Below, in pieces: positions 45,903 through 53,634 of a stretch of DNA of 62,132 bases. The DNA is taken from assembly GCA_937900965.1 (NCBI GenBank), contig CALCGJ010000159.1, positions 1 to 62,132 of the forward strand, given 5' to 3'. The notes under the pieces were generated by a model, which was not told where the DNA came from, searched no databases, and worked only from the letters and a program-made list of their open reading frames with translations. Position 1 is the first letter of the stretch, and every line of letters starts with the position of its first letter. Made by a program: the position numbers and the translations under genes. Origin of the DNA: an uncultured Bacteroidota bacterium. Lineage in GTDB: Bacteria > Bacteroidota > Bacteroidia > Bacteroidales > FEN-979.

Positions 45903-47315
45903 TTAGTGGTCATGGTCGTGATCGTGATGGTGATCGTGATGGTGGTCATGCTCATGGTCATGGCTCGAGGATACCAGGCTGATGAAATCCTCGTAAGATA
46001 TTTCCACAGGCTTCAGGGTAACCTTCTCTTTGAACAATCCCATTAGTTTTGCATCGAACAGCTGATCGTTGATCTTCTGTACCTGCTCTTTATTCTGCAT
46101 GAAGGCATCAACAATGCTGTCATATTTTTTTGCCATCTCGGGATCTACAAACTCCTGGGAAACCTGTCGCAGTAAATAGGATCGGATATATCCCCTGATC
46201 TCCTCTTCTTTCACACCGATATCATTTTCCTTGATGATTTTATTTTCAATCAATTGCCATTTCATTGACTTGGAAAACGAGGGATACTGTTGCTCTATTT
46301 CCTCCTCAGACATCTTATTTTCATCATGTTCAAAGAGCCACCGTTTCAGGAACTCCTCGGGGAGGTTCATCGTTGTGTTTTCAATCAAATCTTTCGAAAT
46401 ATTCTGGAACAGAAGCTTGTCAGTCTCCCCTGAGAAACTTGCAGCAGCATCTTTCCTGACCCGATCGCGGAAGTCATCTTCGGTCTCAATAGTATCTCCC
46501 GGATAAACATTGTTGAAGAACTCAGTATTCAGTTCTGCCGGTACGATATGTGTGATCTCGGTGACCTTAAACGAAAAGGTGAGACGTGGCTTGCTCAGCG
46601 TGTCAGCAGGCAGGTTTAGTTGCTTCGCAGCTTCTTCAACTGAACCAAACAGTTCGATTGGGTTGAATACCAAGATCTCCTCTCTTTTCAATGAAATCAA
46701 TTTCTCTTTAACCTTCTCATCCGTAATTTTTTCAATGTAGAGAAATATCTTTTTTGGTTCAGATCCTTCAATTGGCAAACCGTCTGCTGAAAGCTCGGTG
46801 GCTTCTCCAGAGATCATATCCTCCCTGCCGGCAGCATCCGGATGAGTAGAGATTCCATTCCGTTTGCGGGTATCTTCAATGTATCCATCTACCATTTTGT
46901 CATCAATGAGGATCTGGTAGTTTTCAATCTCCAGTTCAGGACCTAGATTCAGGGTAAAATCAGGGGCTAATCCAAGGTCGAAATAGAACTCAAAGATCTC
47001 TCCATCGACAAATTGTGCAGGTTTCGTCTTCTCTTTATTAGGCAATGGATTCCCAAGAACATCGAGTTTCTCGTCGGTCATATAGGATGAGAGGTTCTCA
47101 CTCAGGAGTTTATTGACCTCATCAGCCATCACAGCTTTTCCATACATCTTTTTCACCATCCCGAAGGGCACTTTTCCTGGCCGGAAACCGGGAATATTGG
47201 CTTTTCGTTGGTAATCTTTCAGGTTTTTGGTTACAATCTCGTGGTAATCGTCCGGAGTAATCTCCATTCTGAGTGTAATTGTCTGATCTCCGGTATTCTC
47301 TCTGGTTATGTTCAT
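45903..47315 (-). CDS. tig: Trigger factor with a C-terminal His/Asp-rich tail
   Basis: 470 aa with an N-terminal ribosome-binding domain (GFRPGKVPFGMVKKMYG) and a central and C-terminal chaperone body. The last 22 aa are SSSHDHEHDHHHDHHHDHDHDH. Confidence 0.9.
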   Translation of the reverse strand: MNITRENTGDQTITLRMEITPDDYHEIVTKNLKDYQRKANIPGFRPGKVPFGMVKKMYGKAVMADEVNKLLSENLSSYMTDEKLDVLGNPLPNKEKTKPAQFVDGEIFEFYFDLGLAPDFTLNLGPELEIENYQILIDDKMVDGYIEDTRKRNGISTHPDAAGREDMISGEATELSADGLPIEGSEPKKIFLYIEKITDEKVKEKLISLKREEILVFNPIELFGSVEEAAKQLNLPADTLSKPRLTFSFKVTEITHIVPAELNTEFFNNVYPGDTIETEDDFRDRVRKDAAASFSGETDKLLFQNISKDLIENTTMNLPEEFLKRWLFEHDENKMSEEEIEQQYPSFSKSMKWQLIENKIIKENDIGVKEEEIRGYIRSYLLRQVSQEFVDPEMAKKYDSIVDAFMQNKEQVQKINDQLFDAKLMGLFKEKVTLKPVEISYEDFISLVSSSHDHEHDHHHDHHHDHDHDH

Positions 47316-47321
47316 TCTTTT

Positions 47322-47400
47322 ATCGTGAATATCGTGAATATCGTGAATGTCGTGAATATCGTGAATGGTAATTCATGTCATTCGTCATTCATGTCATTCT
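47322..47400. repeat. 9-mer array (ATCGTGAAT)x5 at 47322-47366, followed by GTCATTC-like short repeats
   Basis: Lies between tRNA-Leu and the tig start. The unit is related, in inverted orientation, to the last unit (GTCACGATT) of the array at the other end of tig. Confidence 0.9.
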
Positions 47401-47413
47401 TGTTCATTGTATC

Positions 47414-47498
47414 TGGTGCGGATGAAGGGACTCGAACCCCCACGCCCGAAGGCACAAGATCCTAAGTCTTGCGCGGCTACCAATTACGCCACATCCGC
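47414..47498 (-). tRNA. tRNA-Leu (anticodon TAG), class II with long variable arm, CCA encoded
   Basis: The reverse complement is GCGGATGTGGCGTAATTGGTAGCCGCGCAAGACTTAGGATCTTGTGCCTTCGGGCGTGGGGGTTCGAGTCCCTTCATCCGCACCA. The acceptor stem is GCGGATG/CATCCGC and the anticodon loop is CTTAGGA. Confidence 0.95.
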
Positions 47499-47517
47499 AG
47501 ATCTCAAAAAAGGACTG

Positions 47518-47525
47518 CAAAGATA
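47518..47525 (-). promoter_or_regulatory. -7 promoter box TATCTTTG for tRNA-Leu
   Basis: The reverse complement of caaagata lies 19 nt upstream of the tRNA 5' end. Confidence 0.55.
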
Positions 47526-47591
47526 CATATTTCTGATGAAATAATAGGGGATTAGGGAGCGTTAATATATGGAGAAAGATGATTATATTAA

Positions 47592-47623
47592 GTGACAAGG
47601 TGACAAGGTGACAAGGTGATGAT
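47592..47623. repeat. Octamer array (GTGACAAG)x3 plus one degenerate unit
   Basis: gtgacaag gtgacaag gtgacaag gtgatgat. Confidence 0.9.
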
Positions 47624-47683
47624 GCAACCATAGAATAATTGGTTGGTTAATTATATAGGTAATTTTTAAAAGAAGAAAAAAAA

Positions 47684-47832
47684 CGAAGATCGAAACTACC
47701 CCACCCCCAACCCCTCCCCAACAAGGGAGGAGAGTAAGTCCCCTTTAGGGGATTTAGGGGCAACTGCGAAGCAGTATAAGTCCCCTTGCGAGAGAAGCGA
47801 AGCAAACTGGATTTAGGGGCAGGTAATCGAAG
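47684..47832. repeat. REP-like element (copy B), with a duplicated second hairpin
   Basis: The element contains CCTCCCCAACAAGGGAGG, then AAGTCCCCTTTAGGGGATTTAGGGG. A second copy follows with an expanded loop (AAGTCCCCTTGCGAGAGAAGCGAAGCAAACTGGATTTAGGGG). It is flanked by CGAAGATCGAAA and AATCGAAG. Confidence 0.85.
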
Positions 47833-47839
47833 ATGAAAC

Positions 47840-49339
47840 ATGTTATCCCGCATAATACTCATATGGCTGATTTTCTCTTTTCTCCAGACCGGGATGGTGC
47901 GGTCCCAGGAGATGCTTGGTACAACACTGGGGAACTATGCGGGAATCAATTCGGTTCAGCTCAATCCGTCGGCTATGCCTGGGTCGAAGCAATGGCTGGA
48001 TATTCAGCTGGTTGGCGTTGATCTCTCTTTCCAAAACAACTACCTATATCTGTCAAAACATGAATTCGTTTTCTGGGATATTTTTAAACCCGGATTCGTG
48101 CTCCCTTCACATGACGAAGAGTATGCCACAGAGGTCCGGAATTTCTACCGGTACAATAATGCCAACCGGAAGAATGTTTTTATCAATCTCAGGATTAATG
48201 GTCCGGGGGCGATGGTAATATGGAAAAATCATGCATTTGGTATCCATACCGCTATGAGGTCGGTAACTTCAGCCCGGAAGATACCCTACGATCTTGCTAA
48301 CTTCATGTACCTGGGATTGAACTACAAACCACAACAGAATATCAATTACAAGACAGACAAACGGTTTGGAATGTTTCAGATGAATTGGTTTGAAGTGGGG
48401 CTGAGTTATGCATATAAGGTTTATGGTCGCGGCTTCAACAGGCTGGATGCCGGCATATCGGTCAGGAAGCTGTTTGGATTGACCGGATTATATGCGGTGG
48501 TGGAGGATATAGATTACATGGTGCCTGATGATACCACATTGCAAATCAACAACATGAAAGCCGAATATGGGTTTTCACTTCCGATTGATTACAACAGCAA
48601 CGGACTCGGGACTGCTACAGATCCTCTGATGGCAGGGGGAGGCTGGGGTTTTGACCTGGGAGTTACTTATACACGCCTGAAGAGATTGCACCAGGAACAG
48701 TATATTGACCGCCTCTGTGAACAGCAATATGAAGATTACCTGTACAGGATCGGCGTTGCATTGATTGATATCGGGGGGATCCGGTTCAAGGACCGGGCAC
48801 AGACCTATTCAATTGATAACCGCTCTTCTTACTGGGAAAACCTGACACAATTTGATTTTCAGACGGTCAACCAACTGATGGACACGATCAGCTACCAGTT
48901 CTACGGTGATCCAACTGCCACTTATCAGGACGAGAAGTTCACCCTTTGGCTCCCTTCTGCACTTAGCGCCCAGTTTGATTATCATTATAACAAAAACTGG
49001 TATGTGAATGCCGCCCTGATCTTTCCCTTTAAATTCAGTAAGGTTTCACTCACACGCCCTTCACTTCTGGCACTCACTCCACGCTATGAATCACGGTGGT
49101 TTGATGCCAGTCTCCCGATCTCCCTTTACGATTGGACCCAGCTAAGGATGGGATTATCTTTCAGGGTTTACCTCCTCACAATTGGCACAGAGAAACTTGG
49201 ACCTCTCCTGGGCTTCAGCAACTTCAATGGCATGGATTTCTACTTCTCAATCAAAATTCCTTTGGAAAAAGGTGTTTGCGGAAAACGGAATTCAGGATCC
49301 TGCCCTGCCTATGAAGAATTTAAGCCGCAGAAATTATAA
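47840..49339 (+). CDS. Putative outer-membrane beta-barrel protein (possibly DUF5723 family)
   Basis: 499 aa with a signal peptide (LIWLIFSFLQTGMVRSQ) and alternating beta-strand pattern with aromatic-rich ends. The NYAGINSVQLNPSAM N-terminus resembles DUF5723 proteins (from memory). Confidence 0.45.
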   Translation: MLSRIILIWLIFSFLQTGMVRSQEMLGTTLGNYAGINSVQLNPSAMPGSKQWLDIQLVGVDLSFQNNYLYLSKHEFVFWDIFKPGFVLPSHDEEYATEVRNFYRYNNANRKNVFINLRINGPGAMVIWKNHAFGIHTAMRSVTSARKIPYDLANFMYLGLNYKPQQNINYKTDKRFGMFQMNWFEVGLSYAYKVYGRGFNRLDAGISVRKLFGLTGLYAVVEDIDYMVPDDTTLQINNMKAEYGFSLPIDYNSNGLGTATDPLMAGGGWGFDLGVTYTRLKRLHQEQYIDRLCEQQYEDYLYRIGVALIDIGGIRFKDRAQTYSIDNRSSYWENLTQFDFQTVNQLMDTISYQFYGDPTATYQDEKFTLWLPSALSAQFDYHYNKNWYVNAALIFPFKFSKVSLTRPSLLALTPRYESRWFDASLPISLYDWTQLRMGLSFRVYLLTIGTEKLGPLLGFSNFNGMDFYFSIKIPLEKGVCGKRNSGSCPAYEEFKPQKL

Positions 49340-50422
49340 GGTTTTCACATCTAATGCATCACGCAGGGCATTGCCTATCAGCATGAAGGCCAGAACGAGA
49401 AGCATGATGGCGATTCCGGGAAGAATTGCCAGGTAGGCATAATCGAGTACGATATATCCGTAATTTTCTTTGATCATTGATCCCCATGAGGGAATCGGTG
49501 GCTGAACACCCATCCCCAGAAAACTTAATCCTGCTTCGATCAAGATAGCAGCTGCAAAGTTGGCGGCAGAGATTACGATTACAATCCCCATGACATTGGG
49601 AAGGAGGTGACGGGTGATGATGCGAAAGGAGGAGAATCCGAGCGCTTTGCCAGCTTCCACGAACTCTTTCTCCCGCAGGCTGAGAATCTGTCCGCGCACG
49701 ACCCTGGCCACCTCCACCCACATGGTAAGTCCCACTGCAACAAAGACCTGCCAGAATCCTTTTCCAAGTGCAAACGTGATAGCAATCACCAATAGCAGGG
49801 TAGGGATGGACCATACCACATTGATGAACCACACGATGATGTTGTCTAACCATCCCCTGAAATAGCCTCCGATAGATCCAATCAGGATACCCAGTACCAG
49901 GGAGATAAAGACCGAGATAAACCCTACCGACAGGCTAACGCGGGCGCCAATAACCAGCATACTGAAAACATCCCGGCCAAAACGGTCGGTTCCCAGCCAG
50001 TAGGTCCGCTTTACAAGAGTTGCATCAGGATGCTGAGCAAGATAGTCCCCGGGTGATGTCTTGAAATAGCCTCCATCCTGGCTATAAATATCCACACCAC
50101 CATCCACAACAGGGTAGAGGTTATATGGGCTCTTTTCTCCCCAAATCATCCGGTGAAAAAACCCTGACCGTTCTGCATGAGGCATTTTGGGTATTCGAAT
50201 GAATTCAGCTTCATATCCTGGTTTCTTCAGCCCCATCTCGAGGTACTGGTCATTGACAAATGGTGTAGAGTCGGGAGTGACAATATACCCCAGCAGGGCA
50301 ATCAGGAATACGATGCCAATAAAAATGAAAGATCCGAAACCAAGTTTGTCGCGGCGAAACCGTTTCCAGGCCTGGGCAGAGAGGGACCCTGATGAGACGT
50401 ATTGTTTTTTTCTGAGAAACAT
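49334..50422 (-). CDS. ABC transporter permease, DppC/OppC family
   Basis: The start is set at ATG 50422 (MFLRKKQYVS...). It has an N-terminal OppC-type extension and the EAA loop EFVEAGKALGFSSFRIITRHLLPN. No partner ABC genes lie in the window. Confidence 0.85.
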   Translation of the reverse strand: MFLRKKQYVSSGSLSAQAWKRFRRDKLGFGSFIFIGIVFLIALLGYIVTPDSTPFVNDQYLEMGLKKPGYEAEFIRIPKMPHAERSGFFHRMIWGEKSPYNLYPVVDGGVDIYSQDGGYFKTSPGDYLAQHPDATLVKRTYWLGTDRFGRDVFSMLVIGARVSLSVGFISVFISLVLGILIGSIGGYFRGWLDNIIVWFINVVWSIPTLLLVIAITFALGKGFWQVFVAVGLTMWVEVARVVRGQILSLREKEFVEAGKALGFSSFRIITRHLLPNVMGIVIVISAANFAAAILIEAGLSFLGMGVQPPIPSWGSMIKENYGYIVLDYAYLAILPGIAIMLLVLAFMLIGNALRDALDVKTL

Positions 50423-50466
50423 TTGTATTGAAATTCCAGGATTCAAATGCCAAATTACAAATAAAA

Positions 50467-50570
50467 TCCAAGTTCCAAGTTCCAAGTTCCAAATCCCAAA
50501 TCTTTGATCATTGGAATTTGCATTTTGGAACTTATTTGGAATTTGTTTTTTGAGATTTGGGATTTTTTCT
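50467..50570. repeat. Heptamer array (TCCAAGT)x3-5 with an inverted partner, forming a ~100-bp imperfect palindrome
   Basis: aaatcccaaatc (50491-50502) is the exact reverse complement of gatttgggattt (50554-50565). The TTCCAA units on the left face three TTGGAA units on the right. Confidence 0.85.
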
Positions 50571-50583
50571 TTTGAAATTGTAT

Positions 50584-50591
50584 TATCTTTG
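50584..50591 (+). promoter_or_regulatory. -7 promoter box TATCTTTG for tRNA-His
   Basis: Lies 12 nt upstream of G-1 of the tRNA, the same spacing as at tRNA-Met. Confidence 0.6.
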
Positions 50592-50603
50592 TGCCCTTAA
50601 TAC

Positions 50604-50680
50604 GGTGGTTGTAGCTCAGTCGGTTAGAGCATCAGATTGTGGTTCTGAGGGTCGTGGGTTCGAATCCCATCTTCCACCCA
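50604..50680 (+). tRNA. tRNA-His (anticodon GTG) with encoded G-1
   Basis: GGTGGTTGTAGCTCAGTCGGTTAGAGCATCAGATTGTGGTTCTGAGGGTCGTGGGTTCGAATCCCATCTTCCACCCA, with anticodon loop TTGTGGT and a G-1:C73 pair. The acceptor stem GTGGTTG/CTTCCAC has two adjacent U-U mismatches (5:68 and 6:67). Confidence 0.8.
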
Positions 50681-50715
50681 AAAAAAAGCGATCGAACAAG
50701 TTCGGTCGCTTTTTT
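50681..50715 (+). terminator. Rho-independent terminator after tRNA-His
   Basis: An A-run, then the stem AGCGATCGAA/TTCGGTCGCT (one mismatch) with loop CAAG, then TTTTT. Confidence 0.75.
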
Positions 50716-50757
50716 AGTTGGCAGTTGGCAGTTGGCAGTTGGCAGTAGGCAGTTGGC
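50716..50757. repeat. Heptamer array (AGTTGGC)x6
   Basis: agttggc x4, agtaggc, agttggc. The same family occurs, reverse complemented, at 3857-3914 and 59671-59705. Confidence 0.95.
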
Positions 50758-50774
50758 AACGATGCAACTTTTTT

Positions 50775-50782
50775 TATCTTTG
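50775..50782 (+). promoter_or_regulatory. -7 promoter box TATCTTTG for the DASS transporter gene
   Basis: Overlaps the ORF-track GTG start (50782), which argues for ATG 50806 as the start. Confidence 0.55.
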
Positions 50783-50805
50783 TGTCAGTTGTGTTATTTA
50801 CTGGC

Positions 50806-52284
50806 ATGAATCAACCCATCCCTATTCGCTGGCTTCTGGGATTAATCAGCGGTCCGTTTTTCTTCATTATTATCGTTATTTTTGGCAACCTTGAGCCCGG
50901 AAATCCTGCTGTGACCTACACCTTGGCCACGGCAGTATGGATGGCCATCTGGTGGATCTCGGAAGCTGTCCCTCTTGCCATTACCTCACTGTTACCCATT
51001 GTATTGTTTCCATTACTTGGTGTGATGGATGGCAAGAGTGTTTCATCGACCTATTTCAATCACGTGATCTTTCTTTTTATTGGTGGATTTATTGTTGCCC
51101 TCGCTATGCAAAAATGGGATCTCCACAAAAGGATTGCTCTTAAGATCCTGATGGCTATCGGTGTCGGTCCGGGCAGAATCCTCCTCGGATGTATGATAGC
51201 CACCGCTTTCCTCTCCATGTGGATCTCCAATACTGCCACAACCATGATGATGATACCTATCCTGATTTCGATCATATCAAAACTTGACGAAACGATAGGG
51301 AAGGAGGGTAGTTCAAAGTATTCCATCGGACTTCTGCTGGGCGTAGCTTACAGCGCCTCCATTGGCGGTATTGCCACGCTGGTGGGTACGCCCCCGAATC
51401 TCTCCTTTACCAGAATATTTCAGATCAGTTTCCCTGAAGCCCCTGAGATCTCCTTTGCGCAATGGTTCTTTTTCGCCTTTCCCATCAGCATTGTTTTTCT
51501 TGCCATAGTCTGGGTTTACCTTTATTACAGGTTCAGACCCGACAAAAGCCTGTGGAAGCACATTGACCAGTCATCCTTCAGGGAGGAATACAGGCAGATG
51601 GGGAGAACAACGGTTGAGCAAAAGATCATCCTGACTGACTTTATTCTGCTCGCTTTGTTATGGCTGACGAGATCAGATATTTCTCTTGGAAACATAGTAA
51701 TCCCGGGCTGGTCAGGAGTTTTTAAAACCCCCGCTTTTATCAATGACGGTACGGTAGCAATCATGATGTCGATACCCCTGTTCTTTATCCCTTCAAGAAG
51801 TCAAAAGAGGCAAAAACTGATGGATTGGGAGACAGCCACGAAGCTTCCATGGAACATTGTTTTGTTATTCGGTGGGGGATTTGCATTGGCTACGGGGTTT
51901 ATCGAATCCGGTTTGTCAGGTTGGTTTGGACTTCAACTGAGTTGGATTGTGGCTATACATCCCATTTTTATTATTGCATTAATCGCTTTCATGATCACTT
52001 TCCTTACTGAATTAACCTCAAACACAGCAACAACAGAGATGATGCTTCCAATCCTGGCAGGCCTATCGGTGAGTATAGAAATAAACCCGTTGCTACTCAT
52101 GATCCCTGCAACCCTGGCAGCATCCATGGCTTTCATGCTTCCTGTGGCAACACCCCCGAATGCTATTATTTTCGGGACCAACAGGCTCCGTATCATCGAC
52201 ATGGCAAAAACAGGCTTCATTCTGAATATGATCGGGGTTATTATTATTACCCTGGCCACCTATTTCTATGGAAGCTTCGCTTGA
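50806..52284 (+). CDS. SLC13/DASS-family anion:Na+ symporter
   Basis: ~492 aa polytopic protein with two SNT-type hairpin motifs (MWISNTATTMMMIP and ELTSNTATTEMMLP) plus VGTPPN and VATPPN. Confidence 0.88.
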   Translation: MNQPIPIRWLLGLISGPFFFIIIVIFGNLEPGNPAVTYTLATAVWMAIWWISEAVPLAITSLLPIVLFPLLGVMDGKSVSSTYFNHVIFLFIGGFIVALAMQKWDLHKRIALKILMAIGVGPGRILLGCMIATAFLSMWISNTATTMMMIPILISIISKLDETIGKEGSSKYSIGLLLGVAYSASIGGIATLVGTPPNLSFTRIFQISFPEAPEISFAQWFFFAFPISIVFLAIVWVYLYYRFRPDKSLWKHIDQSSFREEYRQMGRTTVEQKIILTDFILLALLWLTRSDISLGNIVIPGWSGVFKTPAFINDGTVAIMMSIPLFFIPSRSQKRQKLMDWETATKLPWNIVLLFGGGFALATGFIESGLSGWFGLQLSWIVAIHPIFIIALIAFMITFLTELTSNTATTEMMLPILAGLSVSIEINPLLLMIPATLAASMAFMLPVATPPNAIIFGTNRLRIIDMAKTGFILNMIGVIIITLATYFYGSFA

Positions 52285-52480
52285 TGGAGCCTTCGGCTGA
52301 TTGAGGCCTGCGGCCTGATGGAGCCTTCGGCTGATTGAGGCCTGCGGCCTGATGGAGCCTTCGGCTGATGGAGCCTTCGGCCTGATGGAGCCTTCGGCTG
52401 ATTGAGGCCTGCGGCCTGATGTAAACCTTCGGTTTGATGAAAGCCTTGAGTCTTGTATCTTGAACCTTGAGCTTTGAACC
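52283..52480. repeat. Array of ~10 tandem 16-19 bp GC-rich mini-hairpin units
   Basis: Unit A is GATGGAGCCTTCGGCT and unit B is GATTGAGGCCTGCGGCCT, in the order A B A B A A' A B, followed by decaying units (gatgtaaaccttcggttt, gatgaaagccttgagtctt, ...). The array fills the spacer between the convergent DASS and thioredoxin-like genes, stop codon to stop codon. Confidence 0.95.
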
Positions 52481-53050
52481 TTACTCTATCGTCCCCTTAA
52501 ATTTCGACCTGTACTCATCCCACTGCTGCGTGGAAAAAGCATCTTCGGCAAAATAGTGTAGGATCGGTTCGAAGTTTTGTGCAGTTTGATAGCCTGCAAC
52601 AACTGTTAGTAACTGGCTCTTCTCATTCAGAAACACAAAAGAGGGGTAGGACATTTTTCCCTGGAGAAGCTCAACGGCGAGCTGGTGTGATGAACGTTTC
52701 CCTTCGGGGTTGGTGTTGACAAAACTCTTACCGTCAATCACAATGGTATCTTTCTGCTCAGCATCCATTTTCACATTGTAAAAATGTTTGTTCATGTACT
52801 CAACAATCACCGGGTCAACAAAGGTGGTAGCATCCATCCGTTTGCACCAGCCGCACCAGTCGGTGTACATGTCTATGAAAATCTTTTTTGGTTGTTTCTT
52901 ATTCAGTTCATAAGCCTCAACAAACGACATCCATTTGATCTTCTGGACCGGGGTAGCTGGTTGAGCTGCTGCCGGTTGCTGGGCAGCGACTTTTACTGAG
53001 AAGCTCAGAATAAACAGAGCCAGGGTTGTAAGATATGTGATTCTAAACAT
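52481..53050 (-). CDS. Thioredoxin-fold (DUF255/Thioredoxin_7-like) periplasmic protein
   Basis: 189 aa with a signal peptide and the CxxC motif DWCGWCKRMD. Confidence 0.8.
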   Translation of the reverse strand: MFRITYLTTLALFILSFSVKVAAQQPAAAQPATPVQKIKWMSFVEAYELNKKQPKKIFIDMYTDWCGWCKRMDATTFVDPVIVEYMNKHFYNVKMDAEQKDTIVIDGKSFVNTNPEGKRSSHQLAVELLQGKMSYPSFVFLNEKSQLLTVVAGYQTAQNFEPILHYFAEDAFSTQQWDEYRSKFKGTIE

Positions 53051-53148
53051 ATAACAGTTTTTGCAAAAATATATAGATTTCCTGAGAAAAACGGGTTAGA
53101 GAGACCTTTGTTGCGTTAAGAAATGTTAAACAATTGATTAGTAGAACT

Positions 53149-53171
53149 GATCCCGAGCATAGCGAGGGATC
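53149..53171. repeat. Short palindromic element GATCCCGAGCATAGCGAGGGATC
   Basis: 6-bp terminal stem GATCCC/GGGATC, 8 nt downstream of the smpB stop. It is related to the GATCCCGAGTACTCGGGA insert inside REP copy C (60901-60918). Confidence 0.6.
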
Positions 53172-53178
53172 TCATAGG

Positions 53179-53628
53179 TTATTCCTGCTTTCCCCTGTCG
53201 ATCTCCCGTTTGATATCCTGTTGCTTCAATGTTTCACGCTTGTCGTAAGCATGTTTTCCTTTTGCCAGTGCGATGGTCAGCTTGGCCAGCCCGTTCTCGT
53301 TGATGAAAAGTACGACAGGGATGATGGTAAAACCCCGTTCATTGACCTTAATTTTTAGCTTCTTTAGCTCGCGTTTAGTCAGTAACAGCTTCCGGTCACG
53401 CTTCGGTTCATGATTGTAATGGGTCCCGTAAGTATATTCGGCAATATGCATGGCACGGACAAAGAGTTCCTCTCCCGAAAACGAACAATAAGCATCAGCA
53501 ATGGAAGCCTTCCCGGCACGGATCGACTTGATCTCCGTGCCGGTAAGTTGGATTCCCGCAGTTATCTCCTGCATGAGAAAAAACTCATGCCGGGCCTTTT
53601 TGTTCTTTATCGTTATCTCGTTGGCCAT
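53179..53628 (-). CDS. smpB: SsrA-binding protein SmpB
   Basis: 149 aa with [10 protein letters not shown]...GTEIKSIR...IAEY...[11 protein letters not shown]. Confidence 0.95.
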   Translation of the reverse strand: MANEITIKNKKARHEFFLMQEITAGIQLTGTEIKSIRAGKASIADAYCSFSGEELFVRAMHIAEYTYGTHYNHEPKRDRKLLLTKRELKKLKIKVNERGFTIIPVVLFINENGLAKLTIALAKGKHAYDKRETLKQQDIKREIDRGKQE

Positions 53629-53634
53629 TTGGTA

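Noticed and set aside
50557-50807. ORFs 50557-50748 (+) and 50616-50807 (-) overlapping tRNA-His, its terminator and the AGTTGGC array.
   Set aside because: The region is fully explained by a tRNA gene, a terminator and a repeat. The peptide sequences are repeat translations (WQLAVGSWQ and similar).
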